A stretch of DNA of 63,243 nt, the filler included, from Reclinomonas americana ATCC 50394 (lineage: Eukaryota), in assembly GCA_048213135.1 (NCBI GenBank). It is 12 parts of 12 records of this genome, joined end to end, with 100 filler letters (N's around TTAATTAATTAA, not from the genome) between each part and the next. Parts side by side here need not be neighbours in the genome. Positions count along the whole stretch, not along the records: positions 5,116 to 12,332 come from AFZH01017219.1; positions 12,433 to 15,878 come from AFZH01017220.1; positions 15,979 to 17,164 come from AFZH01017221.1; positions 17,265 to 21,427 come from AFZH01017222.1; positions 21,528 to 26,698 come from AFZH01017223.1; 7 more parts are not named here. The stretch is one strand, 5' to 3'. This document shows positions 10,917 through 23,500 of this stretch, in pieces (the first letter of the stretch is position 1; each line of letters starts with the position of its first letter). A program made the position numbers and the translations under genes. The notes under the pieces were generated by a model, which ran no database searches, was not told where the DNA came from, and saw only the letters and a program-made list of their open reading frames with translations.

Positions 10917-13900
10917 TTACTCGCTAATGCTGGCGGTGCGCGAGGAGGGCGCAGAGGGCCGCGTGACGGCACCGAGCGTGGTGGTCATGGTGGGCGACGC
11001 CGCCATGAATGAGGCGATAATGTCGGCTTGCGGCTTGCGCACACGCAGCGTGGCGGAGGCGGTCGAAGACGCAGCACCACCGATCGACGACGACACCGAG
11101 TGTGGACTGATGCCACTGTGACTGCTGCCGACCGAGCCGGCGGGACTCGGTGGGGTCGAACTCTGCAGGTGCGCCATGGCCGGCAGTGGACTTGGCGTGC
11201 TGTAGGGGCGCGGGTGACCGCTGACGTTGAGTTGCACGGGTGGTGAGAAGGCGGCCGCAGCAGCCGCCGCCGCCGCCCCGGCACTGCTGTGATTTGTCAC
11301 CACGGGAGTGAACGGGTCGCTGTCGTCCATGACCACTGTGGCGAGGGCGCCCTTTGGCAGCAGCGAGAGGTGCGCCGAGTGTTGTACAAGTGGTGCGCGA
11401 TGGCCGTTGCCTTCGTCGTCGGAGCGCGGCGGGGTGCGAGCGGCCGACTTGGCGGTGTCCACGGGGGTGTTTCGGCCAGAGTTGGTGGCGGCGCCGACCA
11501 GGAGGTCGGTGGACAGGTGCTTGGAGTCTGCCGGAAGGGGGGAAGGGGGAAGAGGGAATGAATGATCAAGAGGAGGAAGGAGGGGGAAGGGGAAGGAAGG
11601 AGGGGAAGGGGGGAGAGGGTTATGTACCGACGGCGGCGGCGGTGGCGCGGAGGACAGGAGTGGTGGTTCCGTCTGGGGGGAGGAGGAGAAAGAGGGAAGA
11701 GAGATGGGTGGTCGGAAAGGGGGAAGGGGTAAAAAGGAAAGAAGTTTGGGGAGAAAAACAGTAAAGAAGTGGGGAAGACAAGCACAAACATTCAAACGAG
11801 CACACGGATGCAAAACAAGAAAAGGTGAGGGAAGAAGAGCAGCCAATCAGAAAGGAGAGGAAGAGAGATAAGAAACAGAAATGCCACACTTGCAGCAACG
11901 ACAACAAAAGCGCCAGAGAGAAGATGAAGATGACAACAAAGTGAACTGTCATAGAAAATGAGATGGCGCAAGAAGAAACAGGTCGAAGAGGGCCAGGGAG
12001 CGGTTGCGACATCCGAAGAGGAATAATCGAGCAACAACAGCAACAAAGACAAGCACAAGTAACGAGGAAGCAGACAGGGAGCCAGGAGAGAGTGTGCGCG
12101 CGAGAGAGAGATGGCCACCAAGACGAAGCAGCAGAAACGGGACTGCTTATGAAACTGAAGGAACACATAGCGAGCAGCGGGAGGATCCACGCAAACGAAA
12201 TCATGGAGTACAGACAAAAGGAAACAGGGCAAACAAACGAACGAAATGAAAGAGTGAGAGCGAAAGAGACGGAGAGGAAGAGAGAGAGAGAGATAGAGAG
12301 GAAGAGAGGGAGAGTGAGAGGGAGAGAGAGAGNNNNNNNNNNNNNNNNNNNNNNNNNNNNNNNNNNNNNNNNNNNNTTAATTAATTAANNNNNNNNNNNN
12401 NNNNNNNNNNNNNNNNNNNNNNNNNNNNNNNNGAGAGAGAGAGAGAGTTCGACGCCAAACTTCTCAGCGAAGGCAACATCAGCAGAGAGAAGATGTAAAA
12501 ACCAGCCACAACAACAAAGAGAACTCGCTTGAATACGGACCAGACAGACAGACAGAGAGGAGAGAGAAGGCGAGAGAGAGAGAAACAAGCATCCATCCAT
12601 TTCCCTTTTTCTCCTCTTCTCTTGCCACGCATTCCCCCTTCTCCTCCTCCCACCCTCCACTTACCAGTGTGAATCACGGAACCCGTTCGGCGACCCGACC
12701 GCTGCGCACCTGCCGCCTCCGTGATGGGCGAGGGAACCACAGTGGACTCCACAATGGGCGTTCCACGCGGTGCGTCGGCGGCGACAGCCGTCTTGACCTC
12801 CTCGGTCACCGACAGACCGCGTCCCGACGGCAGCAACGACGCGGCGTCTTCCGAGGCCAAGTCGGGGCTGGAGATGCGCCGGGAGGCAGGCGAGCGCACT
12901 GGCGACGTGCGACCACTGTTCTGTCGCGGCGATCCGTTGCCCGATCCACCACCGGTCGTCGACGAGTTGGTGGCGGTCGGCGGCACCAAATCGAGCGACG
13001 GTGTGCCATTGGTGTGCGGCACACTGGCGGCGGCGGCCACCGACTTGGCCAGGTTCTCGGTCGGTTGCGTGGATGCAGAGCCCGGATTTTGCTGCAGCGT
13101 GGAGAGTGAGCGAGAAGATATGTGGCAAGTGCGTGTGCGTGCGCGCAACTCCTTGCAGCACGGCCTCCACCATGGAGGCGATGCTCAGGGCGGCGAGGGG
13201 AGACGGGGCCGGCGGGGCCTCGACCTCGGGGGGTGGAGTTGCGGCGGAGCCCTCGTGGTGGTGGTGTTCCGCCGATTCCGAGTCTTGTGCCTCCAGGGAG
13301 TCGGAGGATTTGTGATGGAGGGTGGCGGGGAGACTGGCGCGGCGGGCGGAGGACTGCGAGAAGGGAAAGGAGTGGTGAGGGAAGGGAAGAGGAGAAGGGG
13401 GATAAAGGGGAAGGGAGAAGTGAGAAAAGGAGAGCGAGAAGGGGGAATGAGAAGGGGGAAGCGAGAAGGGGGAAGCGAGAAGGGGGAGTGAGAGGGGGAG
13501 AGTGAGAAGGGGAGCGAGAAGGGGAGCGAGAGGGGGAATGAGAAGGGAGCGAGAGGGGAGAGCGAGAGGGGATAGGGGGAAAGAGGGAAGCGAGAGGGGA
13601 AGCGAGAAGGGGAAGCGAGAAGGGGGAAGCGAGAAGGGGAGAGCGAGAGGGTGAGCGAGAGGGCGAGCGAGAAGGGAGAGCGAGAAGGGAGAGTAAGAAG
13701 AGGGAGAGCGAGAGGGGGAGAAGTGAGAAAAGGAGAGTGAAAAGGGGGAGTGAAAGGGGGAGCGAGAAGGGGAAGCGAGAAGGGGAAGCGAGAAGGGGAG
13801 CGAGAAGGGGAGCGAGAAGGGAGCGAGAGGGGAGTGCGAGAGGGGAGTGCGAGAAGAGGAGAGCGAGAGGGGAGAGCGAGAAGAGGAGGGCGAGAGGGGG

Positions 13901-14851
13901 AGGGCGAGAAAGGAGAGCGAGAGGGGGAGCGAGAGGGGGAGACGAGAGGGGAGAGCGAGAAGGGGAGAGCGAGAGGGGAAGTGAGAGGGGGAAGTGAGAG
14001 GGGAAGCGAGAAGAGGAGAGCGAGAGGGGAGCAGCGAGAGGGGGATCGAGTACAAGCAAGAGAAGGAATACAGGCGGGAGGTGAATGCAACAGATGAGAG
14101 AAAGATAAATGGGGGAGATAGACTGCATGAGAACGCTGCGTCTTGCACGAGAAGACGAGAAGAAATTGACTTGATTAAGATACAGCGAATATTGAGCAAA
14201 CACCCCCCGAACAAGCATAGGTAAAAATACCCTCTATCTCCGCTCCCTCTCTCTCTTCCCCTCCCCTCTCGCTCACTCACCACAGGTGGCGGCGTGCGCT
14301 CCGCTGGATGCGAGGCCAGTGTGGTAATGGGCGACGCAGACTCCAAAGCAGCAGATTGCATCTTTACAAAAAAAAAACAAGACACAGAGAAAAGGAAGAG
14401 ACAGGAGTGACAGGCATGCATGAGTGAGCAACAGAGAGCACAGTGAAAGACAATGAGAGCGTGTGTGTGACACGAAACTGTACGCGTCAAGTGACTGATG
14501 ATCTCATCTGTAACCCCGAATGGAATCGTAAGACACACACACACACACGGGAAACACACGCACACACACAACGCAACTCGGTCGACTGCCTCTCCGTTGC
14601 GGCACATGCGACCGCTCATCCTGCAAACGCAACAAAGAGAGAGACACACGAAAAGTGAGCCCGAAAGAACGCGGCATTTCGTACACACACACACACACAC
14701 ACAGACAGACAGACAGACAGAGAGAAGGAGAGAGCGTGTGTGTATGAGAGAGAGAGAAAGAGAGAGAGAGTGCAAGGTGCAAAAGGTGACTTTATCTGTC
14801 GCCTAATCACAAACTTGCACACATACATACTTACATGCACACACACGCACA

Positions 14852-14907
<56 letters not shown>

Positions 14908-15353
14908 AGAAAGAGACAAGGAGAGAGAACAAGGTGCGGGAAAAGCGTAAAAAGGCGACCTTATCCGTCACCTAAGCACACACACACACACACACACTCA
15001 CTCACACACTCACACACATTCACGCACAGACTTGCACAGAGAGACAGAGAACGTGAGAGAAAGGGAGACTGAGAGAAAGATGATGTCACCTTCCTCAAAG
15101 TCGCTCTCTCCCCTCTCTCTCCCTCTCTCCATCCCCCTCTCACCTCGCCTCCCGCAGGCGAAAACACGACACTCCTCCGCGACGAGTTCTGTCTGCGAAT
15201 GCCCGTTGTGCCTTCCTCGGAGCCGGCGGTTGCGTGGCGTCCGGGCAACGGTTTGCCCCAGTAGAGGAGGCGATTGAGGAGGATGATGGAGCTGACGACG
15301 GCCAGTGCCTGGAGGAGGTTGTAGGCGATTTGGTGGTAGTCGAGGGCTTGCAT
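10917..15353 (-). CDS. Hypothetical Ser/Pro-rich protein with N-terminal transmembrane segment (multi-exon, spans one gap)
   Basis: Starts MQALDYHQIAYNLLQALAVVSSIILLNRLLYW. Low-complexity exons near 14578-14620, 14283-14362, 13150-13353, 12665-13091 and 10917-11528 have GT-AG borders. Joining across the gap is inferred. Confidence 0.55.
13370..14045. repeat. Intronic purine/pyrimidine tract built from degenerate GCGAGA(A)GGGGA units
   Basis: Dozens of 11-13 bp units, pyrimidine-rich on the sense (minus) strand. Confidence 0.85.
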
Positions 15354-16327
15354 GAGAGCTTGAAGGGTTTGTTGTGGGTGGGAGGGACAGTGGGAGAGTG
15401 AAGGACGGAGGAGGTGTGTGTGTGATGTGTGATGGGGCTCCGTGTGCTCCGCGCGTGGCACTCGGTGGATGATGATTGAATCATGATCAGGGCCTTACAG
15501 TGTGGGACGTGTCGGACATGCAATACTGTATGAGAGACAACATCAACAACAACAACAACAACAACAACTTTACTAATCCAAACAGCAGCAGCTGCATGAT
15601 GATCACCATCTTGAGTGAGCAGCAGAAACTCGAGCTCAGACATCACGAGAACACTGAGAGAAAGTCGAGATGGCTAATGCTGGCGTTCCTGCAAGAGAAA
15701 CCACGGCTCATGACAAGCATGGATTTGACGCCGAATTCCACAAAGGAAGCAAGAAAGATAGCAAAGTGTTGGTATCAGAACACATAGGGAAAACCAACAA
15801 AGCCAGGCAACGTGCAAGTAAGTCCGGGAAGGAACTGAGATGCGCTTGAGAGGTTTTTGTTATTGATGGTGTTGTTGTNNNNNNNNNNNNNNNNNNNNNN
15901 NNNNNNNNNNNNNNNNNNNNNNTTAATTAATTAANNNNNNNNNNNNNNNNNNNNNNNNNNNNNNNNNNNNNNNNNNNNTAATTCATTCACCAACAAACAA
16001 GCAACAGCTGTCTTGATGACCAAGTTCAACCGTATCCAAAACATCAACACAGACACCAATCTTGAGGCAGCAGCAGGTTCCTTGTGTGTGTGTGTGTTCG
16101 CTCTCGGAGCTCCGAATTCGAACAAGACAAACAAAACACTTCATTCACCAATAATGCGACAAACGTCCACAAATCCCTTGCCGACAATGACCTTGGCACA
16201 CCAACAATGTACAAAACACATAGATACTATCCTCCAACAGTCATCTTTTGAATAGACGTGTCAGTGGTTTCTTCATGAGATGTTCCATCGATAACTTGCA
16301 CGTTGCCAATGTGGCCATGGGTGCGCT

Positions 16328-17164
16328 TCAGTCCGCATGCGCAAAAGTTTCGGTGGTGTTACCTACATCAAATTTGTCATGAATAGAGTGTTGTATGTAC
16401 ACACACCCAAACACAAAACACAAAACGCCTCAACAACAAACCGAACATGATGTGCACGGAGGTTGGGCAATTCACCACGCCCATAGCGTAGAGGGTCCAG
16501 CCACAAGCGTTTTTGCGAAACACTCGGTTGGCAGCCCAGTTCCTTTTCGGGTCGTAGTCTCCTTCGACCAAACGAAAGCCATTTTTCAGTACCGAAGAGC
16601 GGTAAATCATGCTCTGATCCTTCGCAAATTTCAAGGCGTGTTTCAGGGAGAAGGTCCTGTAGGTATGTTGTAAGAGACTGCTGAACCAACTGAGTGAAGA
16701 CTTGCGCACCACTTATCCTCTCCATAATTGGAAATGGTTCCGTCCTTTTCGAACAAGAAGGACTTGAGCTCCAGCAACCACCCCACCTTCAGCAAAGGGT
16801 CGGCGATGATGACGTCGGCACGACCATTTCCATGGTCTCCCATGGCCGGGTAACCGGAATACACCTCTGTTGTAATGCGAACACGCACACCGACCTGGGT
16901 GTGCACCTGCAAACCCTTGGCCTGAAGCTTGGAGACAAGTTCGTTCTCAAAAGTACGCTCATTGCCATAGAAATTCGCGAGCGCTGAAAAGCACTGGCGG
17001 AGCTTCTTTAAAACTGAAGAAACGTGAGCATGTTGTTCAGTTCCTGCACCAGCGACGAAGCCATACCATCATCATGGAATGCCTTAGCAGCCGCAGCCGC
17101 AGCAGCCTGCTCTACCGCCAACTGCGCCAGGAAGTCGTCGTCGTCCTCTTCCACCGCCGCCGCA
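16328..17164 (-). CDS. PD-(D/E)XK (restriction-endonuclease-like) nuclease domain protein, GxxExxY-like (5' partial); introns 17014-17066, 16657-16709, 16363-16441
   Basis: Spliced product FYGNERTFENELVSKLQAKGLQVHTQV...GRADVIIAD...WLLELK...ALKFAKDQSMIY has the E, D, ExK and QxxxY motifs of the superfamily. Confidence 0.7.
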
Positions 17165-17264
17165 NNNNNNNNNNNNNNNNNNNNNNNNNNNNNNNNNNNN
17201 NNNNNNNNTTAATTAATTAANNNNNNNNNNNNNNNNNNNNNNNNNNNNNNNNNNNNNNNNNNNN

Positions 17265-18058
17265 CGCCCTTTGGCTTGATTGTCTCCTCCTCACTCTCAT
17301 CGTCATCATCATCGTCGTCGTCAGTGGTGTCCGAGCTCGAGTCGGCTAACGAAAAAAGGACCAAAATTAGGGTGATGCATGCCGCCAACACACGCACGCA
17401 CGCACCCTCGAGCTCACACAAAGACGCAACATTGCAACGCCGCAAAGGCACCTGTGCACACACAGAAAGAAGAAAAGATGTGGCAGTCAGAATCCACGCG
17501 GATCATGATCAAAAAAATGCTCTCACGCACTCTCTTCTCCCACTCTAGATCTCTCTCTGTCTATCTCTCTCTCTCTCTCCCTCCTCTCTCTCTCTCTCAC
17601 GCACACACACACACAAAGCGATGCATCATTCACAACCCACACTGACCAATGTGCACCCTGTCTCTCTGCCCTCTCCCTCTATGTATCTAATTCTGGATCG
17701 TATAACTCTTCGTCGGCTTCATCGACGCCACCGCCGGAGTCGGCTTCTTCGGTGCCCGCATGCCACCCTTCTTGCCCGCCGACGCCGGCTTCTTCACGGT
17801 CGAACCGCCGTCACAGCCATCGTCATCATTGCTGACGTCGTCATCGTCGCTCGAGTGTACCTTACTGCCACCAACGCGTGTGAAATGCCCGCCTCCACCT
17901 CCTCCGCGTTTCACGGGCTCGAGCACCTCCTCGTCTGAGTCGTCTGTTTTGTGTGATTGTGAGTGCGTGTGGTGGCGCAGGGAGAGTGGAAGGGAGAGTG
18001 AGACGGTACCGTCGGAGTCGCGTGCTGCAGCCGCTGCTACGTTCTTCTTCTTTCCCAT
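17265..18058 (-). CDS. 5' end of a hypothetical protein with a Lys/Asp/Ser-rich low-complexity N-terminus (MGKKKNV...)
   Basis: ATG at 18058. The exons encode DDSDEE/KKP tracts and run into the gap. It could be the 5' part of the neighbouring nuclease gene, but this is unresolved. Confidence 0.5.
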
Positions 18059-18410
18059 TGCGATTGTTGTCAATTGTGATCGTCTTGGGACCGAGGGGAC
18101 ATGTACATTTGATCGCCGTCGACGATTGGTGGACTGTGGCCACGGGGGAGGGCTATGGCAATTGCGTTTGTAAAGGGCTCTTCTGCTTGATTGCAGCTCA
18201 TGTGTGAACCGAGAAAAGAAACACTTCGTGATAAAGCATGCAGCAAGCCAAATCGGAGAATTCGAATGAAACCCATCGTTAGTGGAAGGCCGGGAGGCCA
18301 ACCGCGGGTCTTCAAATTCAAAGAATGTGGAGGTACATTGTCTCTCATCATGGCGAAGTGCGGGTTGGCGTCGCGGAGTCGCCGAATTCTCTGCGGTGGT
18401 GCGAGTGACG

Positions 18411-18800
18411 GACTGCATGCCACCAACCGTTGTCACACTGTCGCCGCCGGAAGCAGATCAAGGTGAATGAGCTGACGGTCACAGACTGCATGCCACCAAC
18501 CGTCGTCACACTGCCGCCGCCGGAAGCAGATCAAGGCGGACGAGCTGATGGTCACAGACTGCATGCCGCCAACCGTCGTCACACTGCCGCCGCCGCGAAC
18601 TGATCAAGGTGAACGAGCTGACGGTCACAGACTGCACGCCACCAACCGTCGTCACACTGCCGCCGCCGGAAGCTGATCATGGTGAACGAGCTGACGGTCA
18701 CAGACTGCATGCCGCCAACCGTCGCCACACTGCCGCCGCCGGAAGGTGATGAAGGTGAACGAGCTCACAGTGACCAACCGCGTCACATCGCCGCAAGCTG
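18411..18800. repeat. 73-bp tandem repeat, 5 copies plus a degenerate sixth
   Basis: Unit GACTGCATGCCACCAACCGTCGTCACACTGCCGCCGCCGGAAGCAGATCAAGGTGAACGAGCTGACGGTCACA starts at 18411, 18484, 18557, 18630 and 18703. Confidence 0.95.
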
Positions 18801-20579
18801 ATCTGCAAGACTCAGCGGTAGATCGTTGATGGTGGCCGTCGATCTGTCCACCCGGTGGCAGAGGAGGAAGAGCAAGAAGCCCACAGTTACGTCGTTGACG
18901 TACGCTGGACAGTGAACAGGCGGTGTGACGCCTAGACACGTTGCAGGAAATCGCTGATGAGATCAGCCCGAAGGTAGCGCGTGCACAGAAGACTTGCAGG
19001 GCAGTCGAGAGTGACACATGCGACACAATGGAAGGAGTTGCCGACCCGGGTGCGACACTTGATGCGCACGACCCTCATCGGTTGATGTCTGGTACAGCTG
19101 TCCTCCATAGTAGCACTGCGTGCGCGTTCACAACCGTCAGCGGATTGCACGCTCGCAGCGAGGCGGTAGAGATCGTGTGTACAGCTGGGTGGTTGTGTCG
19201 CAGTGGAAGAATGGCGGGAGGTCGGCCTCAGTCCACTATGACGAGGTTGCATCACCGCAAGACGCTTCTCTACACCTGCAGTGCGGAGCACATTGTGTAA
19301 GCGTTGGTCATCGTTCAGTGACTGCTGGCGTGCCGCCATTGGATCGCATACATACCACTCACGCAGGCCATCTGTTTGCTCGCCCAGTGTCGTGCGCTGA
19401 GTTGAGTTTTCCGCGCGAGTTGAGTCGCGCACATTGCGCTGCGTCGAGAAGCTGCGTGAGTATAATGCGAGATTGGAAAGTGCCTGTGGCAATGCGACGA
19501 ACCAGGCTTCTCCTTGGCGTCGGGCTGCCTGGCGCACGTGCTACTAGCAGTATCACCGGCCCTCGGTCACCGTTGAGCGCGCGCATCACAAAGCACTAGC
19601 CAACTCTGAGAAGTCAAGGTGATCAATCTGAGAGATTGATTTAATTGATGAACACGTGAGGATCTTGGTGCATGCATTTGCTTGCGTGCGTGTGAGTGTA
19701 AGAAATGCAGGGAGAGAGAAAGAGAGAGGGATGGAGAGAGGGAGAGAGCGCGAGATAGTGGGAGAGTGCGCGTTTGAGTGAGTTGCTCTGTGTTTGGGAA
19801 CGCACCACCTGTTGAGCATGGCCGAGGAGGATGAGAGAGACAGCTCCCCTTGTGGCCTCCCGTGCGCCTCTTGGTCAGCATGGGGACGGCCATGCAGTCA
19901 CGTTCAGCGTCTTGGGTTGATCACGAGGTGAAGAGCCACTCCTGCAAGATCGACTCTTGCAGAAACAGAGTTCACCCGCAGCTGTGGGACTGGATGGAGA
20001 AGCCACCGATGCGCACACGTGGGGCAAGCAGGAAACAGAGAGGGCCAGGCAGAAGAAGGAAACCTGTCATCCGGAAACGTGAAAAACGAACTTTCGTGAC
20101 AGGATGAACCTCCAATCTAAACGCCCACAATCCCTTGCCGACAATAACCTTGGCATAACAACAATATAAAAACATGTAGATATTCTTTTCCAACATTCAT
20201 CTTCCCTTTCAGCCAATCAAACAAGCCGGTTCGATATCGCGATATTGATCGCAGGCTTGGTCGGCGTTCCCACTTGAAGTGGTCTCCTTGTAGGCCATCG
20301 AGCTGCCAGCATGATTGCCCCACTGCCGAGGTCGCTGATCAACAGAGAGGGAACACGCACCAAGTGTTCGGAGTCCAATACCGGCCGTTCGTCGCGATCG
20401 ACTCTTCCCTGCGCATGCAGGCTCGGGATCGAGGCTCGTTATGCAGTGCAGTGGACTGGAGATGACAACGGAGAGGAGGAAGGGGAACAAAAAGTCAAAG
20501 AGCGAGGAAAGCAAAGAGAGAAGCGACGTCAATATCGATGACGTGTCATGTCGACACTCCCTTCCCCTCTCCACTTCGC

Positions 20580-23500
20580 ATGCACGCACCCACCTCACCC
20601 CCACCACAACTGCAACCCATCCGCCGTCGCAGCAGCAGCAGCAGCACCACCAACCCTGCCGCCGCCGCGCCCACTCTCACTCACGCCATCCTCCTCTGCT
20701 CGCCGAAACCTCCCTCCACCACTGGCGACTGCATCGAGGCCGCCGCTCGCGACATTGCCCGCCTGCTGACCATCTCCGGCTTTGCCTGTCGCTTTGTGAG
20801 GGAGCGCGAGCAGACACACGATGAGGAGCGCGGACGCATTGAGAGTGTGCTCGTTGGACTGCGACAGTACACACCACGTTGCGCGCGCATTCATCATCAG
20901 TGCAGTGCAGACAGAGAGAGAGAGAGAGAGACTCACTGTGGACACACAGAGATGCGAGAGACGCATGAGGCGCATCGATTGGAGTTGATTGCGGAGCGAT
21001 TGCATGCGGTGCGAGTGGATGCGGAGAGTGTGCAGGTGGTGTGTGCGATGCAGCAGCACAAGCAGCAGCGGGAGATGGGCGAGAGGCATGGGAAGGCAGG
21101 AGCGGTGGCGCCCATGTCGCAGGGAGAGAAGTTGATTCCGGCGTGGTGAGTGTGATGATTGATGATGAAGACACGTCTCGGGATCATGCTGGTTTCTGCC
21201 TCTCACGGGGACTCATGCCGTCGCGAGTGCACGCGGTTCCTCTCTCTCTCTCTCTCTCTCTCTCTGAGCTTGTCGTCATGAGGATGTCATGCAATCTTTC
21301 TCGCCTCTTCTCATGCTCGCGCCAGCGTGCTATCACCGCCGGGCTGCTCGTTGGTTTTCGCCACTCGTGATGTGCATATGTGGGTCTCTGCACTGTGTTC
21401 TTCTCTCTCTCTCTCTCTCTCTCTCTCNNNNNNNNNNNNNNNNNNNNNNNNNNNNNNNNNNNNNNNNNNNNTTAATTAATTAANNNNNNNNNNNNNNNNN
21501 NNNNNNNNNNNNNNNNNNNNNNNNNNNTCCTACCCCTCTTCTCCTTTGCTTCGTTGAGCGCGCTGTCACTGCTGCGAATATAGGTGTTGGTTTCCATCAC
21601 CTCCAACTGATTGTCGTCTTGACTCACCTTTCCCCGTCCCTGATGCTGGTGACATCTTGCCATTCCGAGCTTCATGTAACGCGCTGCTCGTCACTGTCGT
21701 CCCCTTTCTTTTGTGCACTTCGTCTTGAGTGTGGTGTCGCACTTTCCTTCCCTCTCTCGCGCTCTCGTCCTCCCTCCTTCTCTCTTACACCCGTCCCTGA
21801 TGCTGGTGACATCTTGCCATTCCGAGCTTCATGTAACGCGCTGCTCGTCACTCTCGTCCCCTTTCTTTTGTGCATGTCGTCTTGAGCGTGGTGTCGCGCT
21901 TTTCTTCGCTCTCTCCCGCTCTCTGCTTCCCTCCCTCGCTCTTACACTTCCGCTCTCTCTCTCTCTCCATCCTTTCCCTTTACCACCCCCAGGACTCGCG
22001 TCGGAATCATCGACTCCGTCGTACCGCTCCACCGCGTCCGCACCCGCGACAAACTCTGCAAGGACAGCCTCATGAGCTGGTTTCGCTTCCCTCTCAACGC
22101 TCTGCGCGACTACTATGGCGAGAGTGTGGTGTTTTACTTTGGTTCGTAACCCCTCTGCACATCACTCTGCTTGCTCCTCACTTCTCACCCATCGCAGCCT
22201 GGATGCAGTTCTACACCATGCAGCTCATGCTGCCCGCCATCTTTGGCGTCTTTGTGTGGTACTTTGAGAGCGCTGTTCCCAGCCTCTCCGCCATCTACGG
22301 CATCTTTGTCGCTCTGTGGGCCAGTGCTGGCGTGACGAAAATGTGGAAAAGGAGACGCGCTGAACTGTGTCACCAAGTTTCGATCCATCGGCGTCTCCTA
22401 TCGCGCGTCTCTCTGATTCTCACACTCCTCATGCTCAGTGGCGCATCACACCGGACCCCTCTCCGTTACTGGCGTCTGCCACTGCCAAGCCGCGGGTCGG
22501 TTTTCGCGGAGTGGTTCGTGGTATGAGCAAGCATCACTCCTGCTTCTCGTGCTTGGCTCATTGTGGGTGTGCAGACTCGCGTCAACCCAGTCACCGGTCA
22601 AATCGGCATCTGGTGAGTGCGCTCTTCTCGTTGTTCATCCCTTGTCGTCATCCACTCTCATCGCTTGGACCGCAGGTACCAGCACGGCCATCGCCGGCAA
22701 CTGATCCTAGCCTACCTGCGTTCGATTGTAGTCACCCTGCTGATGCTGGTGCTGGCGCTCGGCACCATGATCGTAGCCCTCAACCTGCAGGGCTACGTGC
22801 GCGATCCACAGTCGCCACTGCGACTGGAGTGGTGCGTTGAATGTGGTGTCTAAGTTTTGTGATTCTTCTTTCAGCAGTGCCTTCTCCAATCGTTTCTGTC
22901 TCTCTCACTCCCTCATTCTCGCGCGCGCGCTCTCTCTCTCTCTCTCACGTCACAAAACACGCAGTACCTTCTTTCGTTCTTCTTGGATTCTTGACACGTC
23001 TCCTTGTCTCATTTTATTTCGCTCTTCTTTCTTCTTGATTCTGTTTGTCTGTCTCACTCTCCTTGTGTCCTTCCTCCGTTGCTCTTTGTCGTCTTTGCTT
23101 TCCCTGTCTATCTGTCTGTATCTCTCTCCTCTGTCCCCCCTGTCTTACCCACACCGTTGTCCTCCCGTCGGTTTGCTCACTGCCTTCTCCAAATGTCGTC
23201 TTTGCTCTCTCTCTGTCTCTCTCTCCTCTCTTCCTCTCGCACAGAAGTGCCTTTTCTTTCCTTCGTTGTCCCTCCTTAGCAGACTGTCTCGGAAGAGGAT
23301 GAAGACGAAAAGAGGGAGAACAAAGATTGATGAAGAAGGAGAGAAACGAGAAGAACCGCCAGATAAACAACACCAACAGCAACACCTGTGCAGCAAACAG
23401 ATGGAGAACGAAGAGGAGACAGAAACGAGAGGAAATCACACAGCAAAAAGAACAGAAGAACATCTTGCCCCTGTGCTTGCTCTCTCCTTTGTCATGTTCA

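Noticed and set aside
16328..16912. Alternative genetic code or programmed frameshift in fragmented ORFs
   Set aside because: All breaks examined resolve with ordinary-sized GT-AG introns. TAA, TAG and TGA all act as stops.
18411..18800. CRISPR array or tRNA array
   Set aside because: The whole unit is repeated with no unique spacers, there are no cas genes, and no cloverleaf or T-loop motif is visible.
18085..19572. Possible terminal inverted repeats (GACCGAGGG at ~18089 / CCCTCGGTC at ~19560)
   Set aside because: Only a 9-bp match, with no target-site duplication or transposase seen.
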